From: Callorhinchus milii
Taxonomy: Eukaryota
DNA length: 64,000 bases
Assembly: GCF_018977255.1 (NCBI RefSeq)
Contig: NW_024704742.1
Span: 48,734,001 to 48,798,000, forward strand
Reading direction: 5' to 3'
The notes beneath the pieces were generated by a model, which saw nothing but the letters and a program-made list of their open reading frames with translations, made no database searches and was not told the DNA's origin. The position numbers were made by a program, and so were the translations under genes. Below are positions 61,275-64,000 of the stretch, piece after piece. Numbering within the stretch: the first letter of the stretch is position 1; the number at the start of each line of letters is the position of its first letter.

Positions 61275-61615
61275 TAAATTTCACCTCCAATATTCTTTCC
61301 TCTTCTCGAAAGACTGATGCTAGCGTACGGCTCCACATCCACTGACCTTCCTCCAGTAACTCACCTAAGTGGCCATTCCAGGCAGACTGTCAGTGCGGAA
61401 AACAAAGACCGTCAATCCCATTCCTACTCTCACCAGACATACGGCTTCTTCCTTTCCTATTCAGGGACACTGAAGTCAATTGCAGCACTTCTGCCTCACT
61501 GAGATCTGTTAACTAAATTCACACAAGATATCAGCCCTGTGACCTTTGGAGTCCAAATCATTTAGCTTTGCTCTAGGCAGTGGACTTCTTCATTCAAACT
61601 GAGCCATTAGTGCAC
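61275..61615 (-). repeat. old SINE-like repeat with a putative tRNA-like head
   Basis: rc head atggctcagtttgaatga; body shared with the 2.1, 25.6 and 34.2 kb copies. Confidence 0.55.
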
Positions 61616-61724
61616 CAGGTAATCTGATTTTGCTGATACACCGACAATTGAGATTAAGGGAACCATGGCATCTCCTTTGCTGCCAGCTGCTTTTTAAATC
61701 TCTAAACTGGTTTCTTTCCCTAAG

Positions 61725-61835
61725 GTTTTGATCACTATTTACTGGTTGGGAAAAGCAGCAAACAGCTGCCCATCTTACAGCGGGCCAACACTCAACCTGA
61801 AGGAATTTGAGGGATTGCTGTCTCTGATCCACAAG
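61725..61835 (+). CDS. LIMCH1: LIMCH1 coding exon (111 nt; [37 protein letters not shown])
   Basis: tttctttccctaag acceptor, AAG|gtaatg donor. Matches recalled LIMCH1 [32 protein letters not shown]. Confidence 0.95.
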
Positions 61836-62536
61836 GTAATGAAGTTCTATTTAATTTATTGCATACACAATCCTTTATTGTGACAAACTGCATATAGAAA
61901 TTGACTCAAGCATGGTCATTGCAAGCATTGCCATCTTTGGTACATGATGCTTTACGTTCCATTTCAAAAATAATATGCGACACTGTATTTAACTTCAACT
62001 TTCCAGCAATATGTTTGATGTGAAGTGGATACGGTCGAGATAAAACATTGGACACTTTTGTCACACTAATCAAATAAACAGCAAAGGAAAATGAAAGATG
62101 TCCAGTATAATGTAACACTTTTTTTAAAAAAAGGATGATAAACATTTTGCTGCTGACACATTTTTGATACTTCAGCTCTTAGACTATTTTACTGACAGTA
62201 AGTTGGCTGCAGCTTAGTGGAAGAGTGAGACTACTCTGTTTCCATATGGACGCATCGAAAACAACCACTGAAAGCTGGTGGGCATCATTAGGACATAGTG
62301 AGGTTGAAAAAACACTTGAATAGAAAAACTACTGTGTAAATCACATGAGCAATGGAAAAAGTATCCTGGGAAGTAAAATCCATCTTGTGCAGGGAGCTTT
62401 ATGGATGTCACGTCAAGTCATCCGAACCAAAAATGGCTCAGAGCAGAGTTCTCTCAAATCGGTCAGATGGGAGAGATGTGTAGGAGGCCCTTTTTATCCT
62501 CAAGTGCTGTATTCAGCGATTGTGCTATTTGTCTTT

Positions 62537-62982
62537 CAGCCTAGCTCAGTTGCTAGCACTCTCGCCTCTGAGTCAGAAGGTTGTGAGGTCAAACCCCATG
62601 TCTTGGGAATTGGAACCTATATGGTCTATGATGACGCTCCAGTGCAGTGGGTGTGCTGCATTATTAGAGGTGACGTCTTTGGGATGAGACGTTAAACCAA
62701 AGTCCTGACTGCCTTCTTCAGTTGACGGTAGTAGAAATCGCAGGGCACTTTTGGAAAAGAGAGCATGTTTATCTGGTGTTCTGGACATCAATCGCCCACA
62801 TAAAAATGGTCACTCGTTCCATGGCTGTTTGTGGGACGTTGCTGCGTACAAATTGGCTGCTGCATTCACCCACACAATACAACCAGTCACCTCACTTTAC
62901 AGTATATCCTGTGAAATGCTTTGAGACATCCTGAAGATGTGATAAGGTGCTCTATCAAATGCAAAGATCATTATTATTATTA
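62537..62982 (+). mobile_element. full-length Deu-domain SINE
   Basis: cagcctagctcagttgctagcactctcgcctctgagtcagaagg..ggatgagacgttaaacc..tail (tat)n. Confidence 0.9.
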
Positions 62983-64000
62983 GTTACGCTGTTGTTTTCC
63001 CATTTGAGCTCTTGTTGGACCCCATTGACTGAATGGCATCCTCTCTGTTCATGTTCTCAGGAAGGGGGTACTGACTGAGCGTGTCGAAAATCTTTCAGGT
63101 GTTGTGCAGTTTCACAACAAATGTGATTTTAAAAAAAGACACTTCTTAAAGTCGAACGATTATAGGGCATGAAATGTAAAAACAAAGTACACCTTCAAAT
63201 CACATGGTTTGACCACAGATTTCAACCACCCCTCAGTTTATTTACGAGCACAGTGTTTTGGAGATATCTGCTTGATACCATTTACACAGTTAGGTGGTGA
63301 GATGTATCACATAACTATTCCCGTCAGTTGCCCCAAATTAGATTGACACATGTCACATTAAACTGATGCCGTAGGGCATTTTTGTAAGGTAAAGCTGGCA
63401 TTTCCTTTTGAAAATATATGGCGTGAATTGGACTTTACCTTTGTAGTTAATGTTAAAGTAGCCTTAAATTGAGACAAAAGATTTATTATACCATTGGGGT
63501 GAAAATAACACAGGATGGCTCCCACTGACCTTTCCTGGGCTAGAGTTTCAATGTTTAGTGTGTGCTCCTTGCACTGGAAAGAATTTATAATCATGGGCTG
63601 TCAAAGGCAGCCATTGTTCTCTGTGCGCCAGCCATGTGGGTCAGATACAAGTGCGTTCATATCCTTCAAAGCCAATAGCTGGCAAGCTGCAATGCACTGG
63701 AATGATTTTTTTTAGGGATCAGGAAAAGCTTTTGCATATTTTTGTTGCTGATTGCCTCTGAATGCTGTTTCTCTTTAATCCAGCAATTTCATTCGAAGGT
63801 GGCTGGAAGCGGAGGGCAGACTTGTTCCTATCATTCACAAGTTGTCATTCATTCTGACAATGGTCAGAGCCTTGCTAGGTGCAAATGAACATCACACAAA
63901 AGTTGACAGTTACTTTTTTTCTTGAAAACGCCTGGTTTGAGAACAAGAGGTTATTTTGTCAGCAGCCCACGGAAGACTGAAAATATTCAGCTTCTCAAAC

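Noticed and set aside
14279..61835. Assignment of the exons to the paralog LMO7
   Set aside because: The residues [18 protein letters not shown] and LGKAANSC fit LIMCH1 as recalled rather than LMO7; a BLASTP would confirm.
5508..62982. Recurring ~40-bp motif (gcgctatatcaaatgcaaggattatt) as a CRISPR-like repeat
   Set aside because: These are dispersed SINE/L2 tails on both strands with irregular spacing; there is no array and no cas genes.

Overview
Vertebrate genomic DNA, most likely from a cartilaginous fish (inferred from the repeat content: CR1 and L2 LINEs, Deu-domain tRNA SINEs, and Penelope and Tx1 fragments). The window lies inside one + strand gene, LIMCH1. Five short coding exons (14279-14349, 30070-30139, 42330-42436, 55484-55514, 61725-61835) splice in frame through canonical AG/GT sites to give 130 aa of the N-terminal calponin-homology region ([130 protein letters not shown]). 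The first exon and the rest of the gene lie outside the window. The introns are mostly decayed retroelements, and nearly all ORF-track entries are TE remnants or chance ORFs. I see no convincing new multi-gene system. The best leads are a candidate internal first or cassette exon at ~36.7 kb, a candidate poison micro-exon at 49.1 kb, a perfect 26-bp hairpin at 43.4 kb, a Penelope-borne hammerhead ribozyme relic, an unclassified ~270-bp repeat, a SINE deletion series that shares its tail with L2, and several local duplications. Exon coordinates are exact; repeat boundaries are approximate and were judged by eye.
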